A stretch of DNA of 25,522 nucleotides from an uncultured Pseudomonadota bacterium (GTDB lineage Bacteria; Babelota; Babeliae; Babelales; UASB340), in the NCBI GenBank assembly GCA_964518205.1, contig CAZFDQ010000215.1, positions 1 through 25,522 of the forward strand. Direction: 5' to 3'. Positions within the stretch are counted from its first letter, which is position 1, and each line of letters opens with the position of its first letter. Position numbers and translations under genes: made by a program. The notes beneath the pieces were generated by a model that searched no databases, was not told where the DNA came from, and worked only from the letters and a program-made list of their open reading frames with translations. This document shows positions 1-8,700 of the stretch, one piece after another.

Positions 1-1
1 T

Positions 2-394
2 GCGTCAGGATTGATAGATTCATTTTTTGGTAAAAATAAAAAAGAAAAAGTATCAAAAAAACAAGAGGATGGCATACCTCAAAAAGAAAGTCGCAGGAGA
101 GAATATTCTATTGGTTGGAACAAACAGCTTATAAATGATGCAATAGGTTGGTTAAAAGAGATGTTTGAAACCATGAAAATTAAAACAAACTTTAAATTTA
201 AATTTGATCAGAAATTATTAAATATTTATCTTGATAGACGCATTTTAAAAGATGCAGAAGAAGAAAAACTATTTTTTATAAGTATATCACATCTTTTGAT
301 GCAATTTTTAAAGCGTAAACATAAGAAAAAACTTAAAAATTATTATCTAATTATAAATTCTCAAACAGTTGGAACAAATGGAGCGAAAAAATAG
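2..394 (+). CDS. 5'-partial Jag/KhpB(EloR)-like protein, C-terminal part; degenerate KH-like region and no R3H domain
   Basis: Frame is open to the window edge (gcg tca gga ttg...). Lies directly upstream of mnmE, the usual yidC-jag-mnmE position. WLKEMFETMKIKTNFKFKFDQKLLNIYL and LLMQFLKRKHKKKLKNYYLIINS loosely match the Jag pre-KH and KH segments. Similarity judged by eye only. Confidence 0.5.
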   Translation, partial: ASGLIDSFFGKNKKEKVSKKQEDGIPQKESRRREYSIGWNKQLINDAIGWLKEMFETMKIKTNFKFKFDQKLLNIYLDRRILKDAEEEKLFFISISHLLMQFLKRKHKKKLKNYYLIINSQTVGTNGAKK

Positions 395-1799
395 TGTTAT
401 TCTAACTAGTGATGAAGCACCAATAATTGCGCTATGTACCCCTAGGGGGAGTGGCGCTATAGCACTATTGCGTTTGTGTGGTATTAATGCTGTTGAAATT
501 GCAGAAAGTTTAGCAAAACTTTCTTCAGGTAAAAAATTAACTCAAGCTTCATCGCACACTATTCATCATGGCCATGTTGTTGCATATGATGATCAAGAAA
601 AACGGATTGATGAAGTTTTGTTTTTATTAATGCATGGTCCAAAAACATTTACAGGCCAAGATACTATTGAGATTAGTTGTCATAATAATCAGTTTATTAT
701 TCAGCAAATTATTGAACAAGCAATTTTGGCAGGAGCTAGGTTAGCTTTGCCAGGAGAGTTTACAAAGCGTGCATTTTTAAATGGGAAAGTTGATCTTATC
801 CAGGCAGAATCCATCAATGAACTTATTCATGCGCAGACTGAAGTTGCACTAAAAAAATCGATGTCTCAATTGCAAGGAAGTTTATCATCTTTTTTATATG
901 ATATAGAAATTGGTTTGGTAGGGCTTTTAAGCGTTGTTGAGGGCAGTTTTGAGTTTTTTGAAGAAGAACATCAAGACTTAGACATCAACAAAATGATAAA
1001 AGAACGTATGGGTAGTTTGATGAAAAAATTAAAAGAAATGAAGACTAATTTTGCGCAGCAACAGCAGATTAGGCAGGGTATTAAAATTTCTATGATTGGT
1101 TGGGTTAATGCTGGAAAGTCTACTTTATTTAATGCAATTCTAAAAAAAGAACGAGCTATTGTAACAAATATAGAAGGAACAACGCGTGATAGCATTGAAT
1201 CTAGTTTATATAGAAATGGCAATTTTTGGATGTTGACAGATACCGCTGGATTGCGTCAAACTAGCGATTTTATTGAGCAAGAGGGTATAGAGCGTTCTTG
1301 GCAACAGGCTGCGCAAGCTGATATAATTTTGCTTGTGATAGATATTTCAAAAAAATTAACTGAAAAACAGTTAGAAATTTATAAGCAAATTGTTGAAAAA
1401 TATCAAGATAAAACTATTATTGTTGCAAATAAATTAGATGATGAAAATCAGGAAGCTACAAAACAATTAAATTCAATTGTGGGGTCTGAAACTGTAAAGG
1501 TTTCGGCTGTTAAAAAAAGGGGAATTGAATTGTTAGAATCTATTATAGAAAATAAAATTCAAAAACTTTTTTCAAAATTAAAGTCTCCGTTTTTATTGAA
1601 TCAAAGACAATTTAATTTAATAAGTGAATTAGAGCAAAATTTAGAATTTATTGAAAACAATAACAAAAATGTAATACAATACGAGTTAATAGCTTACCAC
1701 ATAAAGGAGATGCTAGAAAAATTATCCGAACTTACTGGCAGAAATGTTACAGAGCGAGTTTTGGATAGGGTTTTTAATGATTTTTGTATTGGTAAGTAA
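378..1799 (+). CDS. mnmE: tRNA uridine-34 modification GTPase MnmE (TrmE)
   Basis: IIALCTPRGSGAIALLRL N-terminus, GPKTFTGQD, GEFTKRAFLNGKVDL, G1 GWVNAGKS, G2 GTTRD, G3 DTAG, G4 NKLD, C-terminal FCIGK. ATG 378 preferred; TTG 369 is the alternative start. Confidence 0.97.
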   Translation: MERKNSVILTSDEAPIIALCTPRGSGAIALLRLCGINAVEIAESLAKLSSGKKLTQASSHTIHHGHVVAYDDQEKRIDEVLFLLMHGPKTFTGQDTIEISCHNNQFIIQQIIEQAILAGARLALPGEFTKRAFLNGKVDLIQAESINELIHAQTEVALKKSMSQLQGSLSSFLYDIEIGLVGLLSVVEGSFEFFEEEHQDLDINKMIKERMGSLMKKLKEMKTNFAQQQQIRQGIKISMIGWVNAGKSTLFNAILKKERAIVTNIEGTTRDSIESSLYRNGNFWMLTDTAGLRQTSDFIEQEGIERSWQQAAQADIILLVIDISKKLTEKQLEIYKQIVEKYQDKTIIVANKLDDENQEATKQLNSIVGSETVKVSAVKKRGIELLESIIENKIQKLFSKLKSPFLLNQRQFNLISELEQNLEFIENNNKNVIQYELIAYHIKEMLEKLSELTGRNVTERVLDRVFNDFCIGK

Positions 1800-1839
1800 A
1801 GTGACAACTATAAAAGGGGTTTTGAGGGGGGACTAGAAG

Positions 1840-2928
1840 GTGAAAAAAGGTTTTTTTTGTTTGTTTTTATTGATTGCTTTAGTTTGTCCACTTATTAATA
1901 AAGCTAAGATTGTACAGCCTCGATCATTTAAACGATATCAAAATGATTTTTCTAAAACATATTCTAAATTTTTTAAGAAAGGTGATTTTAAACAAGATAA
2001 GCAAAAAAATGTTTGTTTTTGGCAAGAGCAAAATGTTAAACCGTTTACAGAATTGATTCTTTCATGGAATGCTTTACGACCTACAAATGGTAAATTTAAT
2101 ATTTGGGTTAACGTTTTACATCACAAATGGTCTGGTTGGTTTTTGCTTGCTGAATGGTCTGAAAAATCTCAACAAACCTTTGTAAATACCACAAACTCTC
2201 CCTTTGTGCATAAAAAACATGTTCGTTTAGAAGTGAAAAATGGAAGAAGAGCAACAGCTTTTAGGGTTAAAGTTGAAGCAAAAAATGGTGCAAATATAGA
2301 AGATTTAAAAGCTATATTTGCTTGTGTTTCAGACATGGATAAATTTCGAATAGAACAACCAAATTTAAAATTAGAAAGCATTAGAGTTAAAGGTGTCCCA
2401 CGTCAATCGCAAATGGTTTTAAAACACCCTCGTTTTTTTGATATTTGTTCACCAACTTCCTTGAGTATGATTTTAGGATATTTTCAACATAGTTTATGCA
2501 AAAGTTTTATTGGAGGTTTAAAAGATTTTGTTCCTGAGTTTGCAGATAAGGTACATGATGATAGTTATCTTGATATTTATGGTAGTTGGCCATTAAATGT
2601 TGCACAAGCATTTGATTCATCATATGGAAAAGTGTTTTTTAGAGTTGAACGTTTAAATGGTTTTGAAGATCTTTATAAAAGATTACAGAAAAAAACTCCT
2701 GTAGCTGTTAGTGTTCGTGGACATTTAACTGGCGGGGCAAAAGTTTATGATAGCGGTCACTTTATTGTTATTGTTGGTTGGGATGCTGCTAGACGCTCTG
2801 TTCTTTGTATTGATCCAGCTTTTAAGAGTAGTAAACAAACTTTGCGAGCTTATAATATAAAAAGTTTTTTAAATGCTTGGGGGACTTCTAGAAATTTAAG
2901 TTATATCGCTATTCCTAATAAAAGTTAA
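1840..2928 (+). CDS. Exported C39-like (papain-fold) cysteine peptidase family protein
   Basis: Signal-peptide-like N-terminus MKKGFFCLFLLIALV; QSQM...ICSPTSLSMIL (Cys), YGSWPLNVA, SGHFIVIVGWD (His), CIDPA (Asp), the Peptidase_C39_2 pattern. Confidence 0.75.
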   Translation: MKKGFFCLFLLIALVCPLINKAKIVQPRSFKRYQNDFSKTYSKFFKKGDFKQDKQKNVCFWQEQNVKPFTELILSWNALRPTNGKFNIWVNVLHHKWSGWFLLAEWSEKSQQTFVNTTNSPFVHKKHVRLEVKNGRRATAFRVKVEAKNGANIEDLKAIFACVSDMDKFRIEQPNLKLESIRVKGVPRQSQMVLKHPRFFDICSPTSLSMILGYFQHSLCKSFIGGLKDFVPEFADKVHDDSYLDIYGSWPLNVAQAFDSSYGKVFFRVERLNGFEDLYKRLQKKTPVAVSVRGHLTGGAKVYDSGHFIVIVGWDAARRSVLCIDPAFKSSKQTLRAYNIKSFLNAWGTSRNLSYIAIPNKS

Positions 2929-3069
2929 TATTATAGATTGCTATTAGTTGTATAACTCATTGTATATAATACTAATCTTAGTAAATGTTTTTTTTATTTT
3001 GTTCAATTTTTAATATTTTAGATAATTTTATTTGCAAAGCTTCTACAAATTTTTGAGCGACTGTTTCGA

Positions 3070-3939
3070 TTATAATAAAATTTTGTTTTTTATTTTCCAA
3101 GCGCTTTGTTGATGGTGCATTGTGTCAAGAACATTGGTAGCAATTTTTTGTAGCCATTCAGGAAATATTTTATTTAAAAGATCATGGCTTTGTAATAAAC
3201 TTAAAAATCTATATGGTTTTTTGTAAAGAAATTTCCTATGAATTTCTATATTAAACACATCAGAGAGTGTTTTTTTGTTAGGAATTAAATTTTGTTGGTA
3301 TAACCAGTCAATTAAATTATTATACAGTTGTTCTATTTTTGCCCGATGGGGACCTGGTGAACATAAATCAGATGATACGTATTCACAGCTTGATGTTGTA
3401 TATGGTCTATTATCCGGAGTGGGTATAACGACGATTCGTGATGTTTTTGGTGTGATGTGCTGTTTAAATGTTTGATGTAATTCAAAGAAAAGTTTATAAG
3501 CATAATTTCGAGCATGCATTTTGATTTCTTCTTGATTAGATTTAACAATTTGCGAAGGACAAATATTAAGAGGTAATTCCATTTGATTTTTAAGTGCTTT
3601 AATTATAATTGCAGGTATTGCTTCATGCAGATTTTTAAAAAAGTTATGATTATTAGGAAATAATAATTTTTTTACTTCTTTTAAAAAAACTACTTTGTCT
3701 TGATAGGTATTTATTATTTTTTTCCATTGTAACATTTCAATAGATATTAAAAGCTGAAGTGGAAATTTTAATTTAAACTGATTTATTTCTTTAAGTGGGT
3801 CAAAAGCTTCTTCTTTCTCTGGTAAATCTGAAAGAGTTTCGTGGCAGTATAAATCTATTTCATCAGGTTCTTGATTCATTCCAAATGCGTTTGACGAGAT
3901 TAAAATAAATAAAATAGATAAAAGCTTTTGCATTAACAT
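3070..3939 (-). CDS. Hypothetical protein with predicted signal peptide
   Basis: 289-codon ORF in AT-rich DNA with no competing long ORF; MQKLLSILFILISSNAFG looks like a Sec signal peptide. No family recognised. Confidence 0.7.
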   Translation of the reverse strand: MLMQKLLSILFILISSNAFGMNQEPDEIDLYCHETLSDLPEKEEAFDPLKEINQFKLKFPLQLLISIEMLQWKKIINTYQDKVVFLKEVKKLLFPNNHNFFKNLHEAIPAIIIKALKNQMELPLNICPSQIVKSNQEEIKMHARNYAYKLFFELHQTFKQHITPKTSRIVVIPTPDNRPYTTSSCEYVSSDLCSPGPHRAKIEQLYNNLIDWLYQQNLIPNKKTLSDVFNIEIHRKFLYKKPYRFLSLLQSHDLLNKIFPEWLQKIATNVLDTMHHQQSAWKIKNKILL

Positions 3940-4014
3940 ATTCTTTGATGTAATAAAAATTATTAGTTATTGTTACGGGGAGCTAATGCTAGCAAAAATT
4001 AATAAAAAGTAAAA

Positions 4015-4030
4015 GGCTTTATAAAATTTT
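4015..4030 (+). repeat. Left copy of 16-bp target site duplication
   Basis: GGCTTTATAAAATTTT, identical to 4544-4559, immediately before TGT at 4031. Confidence 0.9.
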
Positions 4031-4543
4031 TGTTAGAGCAAAGAGATAATTTTCTATTTAAGAGCAAAGTAAAAATTTCTTGTTGTGGCATAATAGTTGG
4101 GTTAAAAAATTCAATAACCAAAATGCCAAGCAACAAATACCTGTTTTTGAGAAACTTTTATAACAAAAGATCTCACAGCAAGCAGCGCCCCAAATGCTTG
4201 ATATAACTTATAGACAAGTTTGAAACAAATTAAAGAGAGATGAAAAAAACGGAGCTGCGAAGAATTTGTTATGAACCTATTTCTAGGCTTGAACAAGATA
4301 TGCATAGGCCTATTGATGGCTTTGATTTAGACAAAATCTTTTATTACAAGGAAGAGAGGGTTTTACAAAAAACAATTATCTGTTCCAAAAATAAAATTAT
4401 TATCCACGAGTCACTTAATGGAGAAATATCTCTTTTTATTAGGGATTTAAGCTTTGTTTCAACGAGATTTTGGTTCGACCAGTTAAACCATTCGCGGAAC
4501 TTTTTGCTTTGCTAAAACCGGAAATTTTCACTTTGATTTGACA
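4031..4543 (+). mobile_element. 513-bp non-autonomous, internally deleted IS1202-family (ISNCY) insertion sequence
   Basis: Ends 5'-TGT...ACA-3'. Two 16-bp inner repeats per end: left CAAAGAGATAATTTTC (4039-4054) and CAAAGTAAAAATTTCT (4065-4080); right, reverse-complemented, CAAAGTGAAAATTTCC (4520-4535) and CAAAGCAAAAAGTTCC (4496-4511). Flanked by a perfect 16-bp direct repeat and contains transposase remnants. Confidence 0.85.
4131..4446 (+). pseudogene. IS1202-family transposase remnant: N-terminal HTH joined to a C-terminal fragment, DDE core deleted
   Basis: Frame from 4131 reads QQIPVFEKLL*QKISQQAAPQMLDITYRQV*NKLKRDEKNGAA (stops at 4161 and 4221), matching the 'sQ.eAA..L.ls.RQV.rllkry...G' transposase HTH pattern. 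A shifted frame gives DMHRPIDGFDLDKIFYYKEERVLQ...KIIIHESLNGEISLFIR, resembling the family C-terminus. By-eye match. Confidence 0.75.
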
Positions 4544-4559
4544 GGCTTTATAAAATTTT
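4544..4559 (+). repeat. Right copy of 16-bp target site duplication; overlaps the last codons and stop of alaS
   Basis: GGCTTTATAAAATTTT directly after ACA at 4541-4543. On the minus strand it reads AAA ATT TTA TAA (K-I-L-stop of AlaS). Confidence 0.9.
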
Positions 4560-7157
4560 TAACCAATCTTTAATTTCTTTTTCTAAGTTAGCGTCAACTT
4601 TATTGCCGCCACCTTGAATCATATTAGGGCTTCCACCTCCGCGCCATTCAAACTTTTCTTTCAATAATTTTGTAAATTCTTTTAAATTAACAGCATTTTG
4701 CCATGTTTTGCTCAAAAAGCCAAAAAAGTTTATTCGGTTTGGAGCTTTTGAATTTGGAGAAATTATAAAATAAAAACCAGGAGACTTTTTTTCTATTTCT
4801 GTAGAAATTTGTTTAAATGTGGTTCCATCCATATCATCAAGTTGTAAAAATAAAAATGGAATTTTTCCAACAGGAGTGACCGAATCCTGCCATATTGGGA
4901 TTTGAACTTTAAAGAACTGTTTTTTAAGTTGTTTAATTTCACTCAATGCATATTGTAAGTTTTCTTGTTGTTTCTCTATAGCTTCTAAAATTTTATCTGG
5001 TTTTGCTTTAAATTGTTTACCTAAAGTTTTTGTTAAATCAAAACTTTGCTGGAAAACTTTTATAGATTGAGGCCCACTGACTGCTGTAATGCGGCGTGTT
5101 CCTGTACTTAAAGCAACTTCGTTTTCAATTTTAAAGCACCCAATCTCTCCAGTACTTTCAACATGTGTTCCTCCGCAAAGTTCGGCAGAAAAATCTGGAA
5201 TTTGTACAACACGAACCTGGGATGGATTATATTTTTCACCAAAAAAGGCCGTAACTCCTGCTTCTTGAGCTTTTTTTAATGTTGTATAAAAAATATTTAG
5301 TTTTACATTTTCTTGAATTTTGTTGTTTACAATATCTTCTACTTGCGCAACTTCTTCTTTTGTTAAAGCTTGTGGATGATTAAAATCGAAACGCAGATAT
5401 TTATCATCCACAAACGAACCTGCTTGTTTTATATGTTTGCCACAAACGTGAACTAAAGCTTCTTGTAATAAATGTGTTGCGGTATGATTTTTTTGAGTAT
5501 TAATTCTTTTATAATAATCAACTATACAGGTAACTTTATCTTCTACATGTATTTTAATAGGTTTTTCTTTTAGGGAAATTTTAACTGCTATGGCTGGATT
5601 TTCAGGTTTATCAGATTTATAAAAGCCAATTATTGGATGTGTTTCATCTTTAATTTTTATCCAACCTTGGTCACTTACCTGACCGCCGCTTTCAACATAA
5701 AAAGGAGATTGCTCTGTTACAATCCAAATATTATTTTTATCTTGATGCACAAAGTTTACTTTTGTTTCAACTTCTAAATTTTTGTATCCAACAAATTTTG
5801 TTGAAATTGCATCAGGTATTTGAGTTTTTTCTTTCTGATCTTTTATTTTTTTGCCAGATTGTTCTTTTTGTTTTTGCATTTCAGACTCAAAACCTTTTGT
5901 ATCTAACTTAAAACCTTTTTCTGTTGCGATCACTTTAGTCAGTTCGGTTGGAAAACCGTAAGTATCATAGAGTTTAAATATTTGTTTACCAGAAAGTTCT
6001 TTTTTATTTTCTTTTAAATTTTTTTCAAAATATTTTTCAATAATGTCTTGGCCTTGAATTAAATTTGTTGCAAAGCGTTCAACTTCGCTATCAAGTAGTT
6101 TTAAAATCAAATTTTTATTAGTTTTAAGTTCTTTGTAAGCAGCAGTAAAGAAACAAATAAATTCATTTGCCAAAGTTGTAAATAGTTTTTGATTATCAGT
6201 TAACTTTTGTGCAAAAAGAGCTGCTCGTCTTATGATTTTGCGTAAAACATATCCACGTCCGTCGTTTGATGGAGTACATCCATCTGCTATTAACAAAGAG
6301 CTTGAGCGAACGTGATCGCATAGAACATGAAAAGCAGCTTGAATTTCTTTTGAGCTTTTTGCATAATTTATTTTTGCTACTTCTTCTATTTTTTTTATGA
6401 GTGGAGCAAAGATATCGGTTCCAAAAACAGATTCTTTTTTCTGCATTACCATGCAAAGTCGTTCAAATCCCATTCCAGTATCAACACCTGTTTTGTTCAA
6501 TGTTTTTAAGATTCCATCTTTTTGCTTGTCATACTGCATGAATACAAGATTCCAGATCTCAGCAAATCTTCCACAATCACAAGAGGGATCGCAGTTTTTT
6601 GTTTTACAACCAATTTCCTTACCATAATCAATATGAATTTCGGAACATGGTCCACAGGGCCCAGTATCTCCCATTTGCCAGAAGTTTTCTTTTTCCCCTA
6701 GGCGGTAAATTTTTTCGGGAGGTATTCCAATATTTTTATTCCATAAATTATACGCTTCGTCGTCTGTTGTAAAAACAGAGACAACTAGGCTTTCTGCTGG
6801 GAGCCCCATTTCTTTTGTTAAAAATTCCCACGCATATTCAATAGCTTCTTTTTTGAAGTAATCGCCAAAAGAAAAATTACCCATCATTTCAAAGAATGTT
6901 AGGTGTCTGTTGGTAAGTCCAACTTCATCTAAGTCATTATGTTTTCCGCCTGCGCGGACACATTTTTGTATAGATGTTGCACGGGTGTAATCACGTTTCT
7001 CTCTTCCCAAGAAGGTGTCTTTAAACTGATTCATTCCGGCGTTGGCGAATAAAAGGGTTGGGTCTTGTGCTGGAATTAAAGAAGAACTAGGAACAATTGT
7101 ATGACCGTGCTTTTTAAAAAAGTTTAAAAATTTTTCACGAATATCGAAAGAATTCAT
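4548..7157 (-). CDS. alaS: Alanine--tRNA ligase
   Basis: MNSFDIREKFLNFF, DPTLLFANAGMNQFK, HLTFFEMMGNFSFGDYFK, GPCGPCSEI, EIWNLVFMQY, DTGMGFER, GRGYVLRKIIRRA, LYDTYGFP, PFYVESGGQ, editing motifs NHTATHLL and ELCGGTH, C-terminal GGG. ATG 7157 preferred over 7199. Confidence 0.98.
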   Translation of the reverse strand: MNSFDIREKFLNFFKKHGHTIVPSSSLIPAQDPTLLFANAGMNQFKDTFLGREKRDYTRATSIQKCVRAGGKHNDLDEVGLTNRHLTFFEMMGNFSFGDYFKKEAIEYAWEFLTKEMGLPAESLVVSVFTTDDEAYNLWNKNIGIPPEKIYRLGEKENFWQMGDTGPCGPCSEIHIDYGKEIGCKTKNCDPSCDCGRFAEIWNLVFMQYDKQKDGILKTLNKTGVDTGMGFERLCMVMQKKESVFGTDIFAPLIKKIEEVAKINYAKSSKEIQAAFHVLCDHVRSSSLLIADGCTPSNDGRGYVLRKIIRRAALFAQKLTDNQKLFTTLANEFICFFTAAYKELKTNKNLILKLLDSEVERFATNLIQGQDIIEKYFEKNLKENKKELSGKQIFKLYDTYGFPTELTKVIATEKGFKLDTKGFESEMQKQKEQSGKKIKDQKEKTQIPDAISTKFVGYKNLEVETKVNFVHQDKNNIWIVTEQSPFYVESGGQVSDQGWIKIKDETHPIIGFYKSDKPENPAIAVKISLKEKPIKIHVEDKVTCIVDYYKRINTQKNHTATHLLQEALVHVCGKHIKQAGSFVDDKYLRFDFNHPQALTKEEVAQVEDIVNNKIQENVKLNIFYTTLKKAQEAGVTAFFGEKYNPSQVRVVQIPDFSAELCGGTHVESTGEIGCFKIENEVALSTGTRRITAVSGPQSIKVFQQSFDLTKTLGKQFKAKPDKILEAIEKQQENLQYALSEIKQLKKQFFKVQIPIWQDSVTPVGKIPFLFLQLDDMDGTTFKQISTEIEKKSPGFYFIISPNSKAPNRINFFGFLSKTWQNAVNLKEFTKLLKEKFEWRGGGSPNMIQGGGNKVDANLEKEIKDWLKIL

Positions 7158-7211
7158 ATTACACCTGGCAAAAATTGGTTTTAAATCAATAAAAAACATT
7201 TAGTTGGTTTC

Positions 7212-7240
7212 ATGATAGCATTTTTGGATATTTGGGTAAA
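7212..7240 (-). promoter_or_regulatory. Candidate sigma70 promoter for alaS
   Basis: Minus strand TTTACC-N17-TATCAT with TG one base upstream of the -10 (extended -10). Such matches occur easily in AT-rich DNA. Confidence 0.4.
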
Positions 7241-7324
7241 TTAGCATGTATGAATTTAGGTTTTTATTTGTTTAATTGTGGGTTATATTTCTAGTTAGAA
7301 GTTTTTAATTGTGGATGATTGATT

Positions 7325-7984
7325 ATGAAAAAAACATTATTATTTATATTTTTATTTGTGTTTAACATGCAAGCGGCTGATTTTTCTGAACGTCCAGCCC
7401 TTGTTATGATTGACCCTGCTGGGCATGCCAAAAATATTGGTCGTAGATTAGTTGAAGGTTTTGAACGAGCGGAAACTTTTAAGTTTGCTGAAAAGTTACA
7501 AGAAGAATTGCAAAAGAAATATGCGGTTCGTCCAGTTTTAACACGTTATCCTGGAGAAGAGATAATAGATTTGCAAAATGCATCTTTTGCCAATAGGTTG
7601 GGCGTGGATTTTTATTTAAGCCTGCATGTTTACAGGGAAGAGACGGTAAAACCAAAGATGTTTATGTATCACTTGGTTTATAATCCAATGGTCGATTTGG
7701 CCCGTCGTACATTTGATCCGATTGGTTTTTTGCCTATTCATCAGGCACATTTTAGAAATATTCATAAAACTCGATCATGTGCTAATTATATGAAAAATAT
7801 TTTAACAACACTACCCTACAAGAGGAGATTTGATTTTTATGGATATTATGGCCTTCCTATAAAATCTTTGTGTGGAGTTGTAGCTCCAGCGGTCGCTATT
7901 GAAGTTGGGATTTGTGAAGAAGATAAATGGAAGACCCTGGTGGATCCTATAGTTGAAAGTTTGGCTTTTTTAGGGTATAACTAA
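7325..7984 (+). CDS. Exported N-acetylmuramoyl-L-alanine amidase (Amidase_3), divergent
   Basis: Signal peptide; VMIDPAGH (His), GFERAE (Glu), VLTR, FANRLGVDFYLSLH (His), PAVAIEVG (Glu). ATG 7325 preferred over TTG 7319. Confidence 0.75.
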   Translation: MKKTLLFIFLFVFNMQAADFSERPALVMIDPAGHAKNIGRRLVEGFERAETFKFAEKLQEELQKKYAVRPVLTRYPGEEIIDLQNASFANRLGVDFYLSLHVYREETVKPKMFMYHLVYNPMVDLARRTFDPIGFLPIHQAHFRNIHKTRSCANYMKNILTTLPYKRRFDFYGYYGLPIKSLCGVVAPAVAIEVGICEEDKWKTLVDPIVESLAFLGYN

Positions 7985-8005
7985 GACCGCTAGGGGGATT
8001 TTATT

Positions 8006-8458
8006 ATGAACGACATATTAATTGTTTTTGGTTCAAATTACATCTCATATTTTTGGTTGATTGTCGGTTTAATATTTTTATTTGTAGAACTTGCAACACC
8101 AGGGCTTTTATTTTTTATTGCCTTTGCTGTTGGCTCTTGTTTTGCATCAGCAATGGCATTTTTAGATTATACATTTGCAACTCAATGCGTTATTGGTCTT
8201 ATAGTATCAATAATTTCTTTTTTTATTATACGTTATTATTTTGTTGTTAAGGATCAAAAAAGAGTACATACAAACGTTGATGCGTTGGTTGGCAAGCAAG
8301 GTGTTATTATAAAAAGAATTGAACCTCTTAAAATTGGAAGAGTTAAAATTAAAGGAGAAGAGTGGGCGGCTCAAGTTGAGGGTGATGTGGTTTGGGAAGT
8401 TGGTGCGGTGGTTGAAGTTGTAAGAGTTAAGGGAAATAGGGTTATTGTTAAGGGATAG
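8006..8458 (+). CDS. NfeD-like membrane protein (short YbbJ type)
   Basis: Hydrophobic N-half with WLIVGLIFLFVELATPG; C-terminal OB-fold pattern TNVDALVGKQG...GRVKIKGEEWAA...G..VEVVRVKGNRVIV; SD GGGGA upstream; precedes an SPFH gene. Confidence 0.88.
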   Translation: MNDILIVFGSNYISYFWLIVGLIFLFVELATPGLLFFIAFAVGSCFASAMAFLDYTFATQCVIGLIVSIISFFIIRYYFVVKDQKRVHTNVDALVGKQGVIIKRIEPLKIGRVKIKGEEWAAQVEGDVVWEVGAVVEVVRVKGNRVIVKG

Positions 8459-8586
8459 GATTTTATAGAAGCATTAGTTTGAAATTAAAGTTAGTGATGA
8501 CAATAGTAGGCAATATTGATTGTTTGTTGTAGTTAGGTATGATGATTGTGTGCCTGTGAATGAGTTGTAAATTATGATAAGTAGTG

Positions 8587-8700
8587 TTGTCATCCCGGCC
8601 TACGAGCCGGGATCCACAGTAATATAATAATGTAGGTAACTTTTATAATTGGATATTGTTTATTAATTGTTTGGATCCTGAAGTAAGTTCAGGATGACAA
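8587..8700. repeat. REP/RPE-like doublet (REPIN/MITE-like), 114 bp
   Basis: Outer inverted repeat TTGTCATCC (8587-8595)/GGATGACAA (8692-8700); left hairpin ATCCCGGC/GCCGGGAT (8592-8599/8606-8613); right hairpin ATCCTGAA/TTCAGGAT (8675-8682/8688-8695); inner GGATCCA/TGGATCC around an AT-rich spacer. Confidence 0.85.

Noticed and set aside
1801-1830. AAAGGGGTTT after mnmE as a family D remnant
   Set aside because: Only about 10 bp match and no hairpin partner; more simply part of the G-rich SD region of the next gene.
4161-4223. In-frame TGA/TAA in the transposase frame as a sign of stop-codon recoding
   Set aside because: Both TAA and TGA interrupt the frame, and TGA ends intact genes here (pilO-like, pilP-like); ordinary pseudogenisation fits better.
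1-4500. oriC near the jag-mnmE cluster
   Set aside because: No cluster of TTATCCACA boxes seen; the one near match (TTATCCACG, about 4400) is inside the IS remnant.
4240-4515. 91-aa ORF as an intact hypothetical gene (and antisense ORF 4111-4305)
   Set aside because: Lies wholly inside the IS remnant; its middle is a frameshifted transposase C-terminal fragment and the rest is out-of-frame or terminal-repeat sequence.
7158-7199. Longer N-termini given by the ORF track for alaS (also 11252-11323, skp 22272-22316, prs 23972-24019)
   Set aside because: Downstream starts match family N-termini or signal peptides and mostly have SD motifs; the extensions look like UTR.
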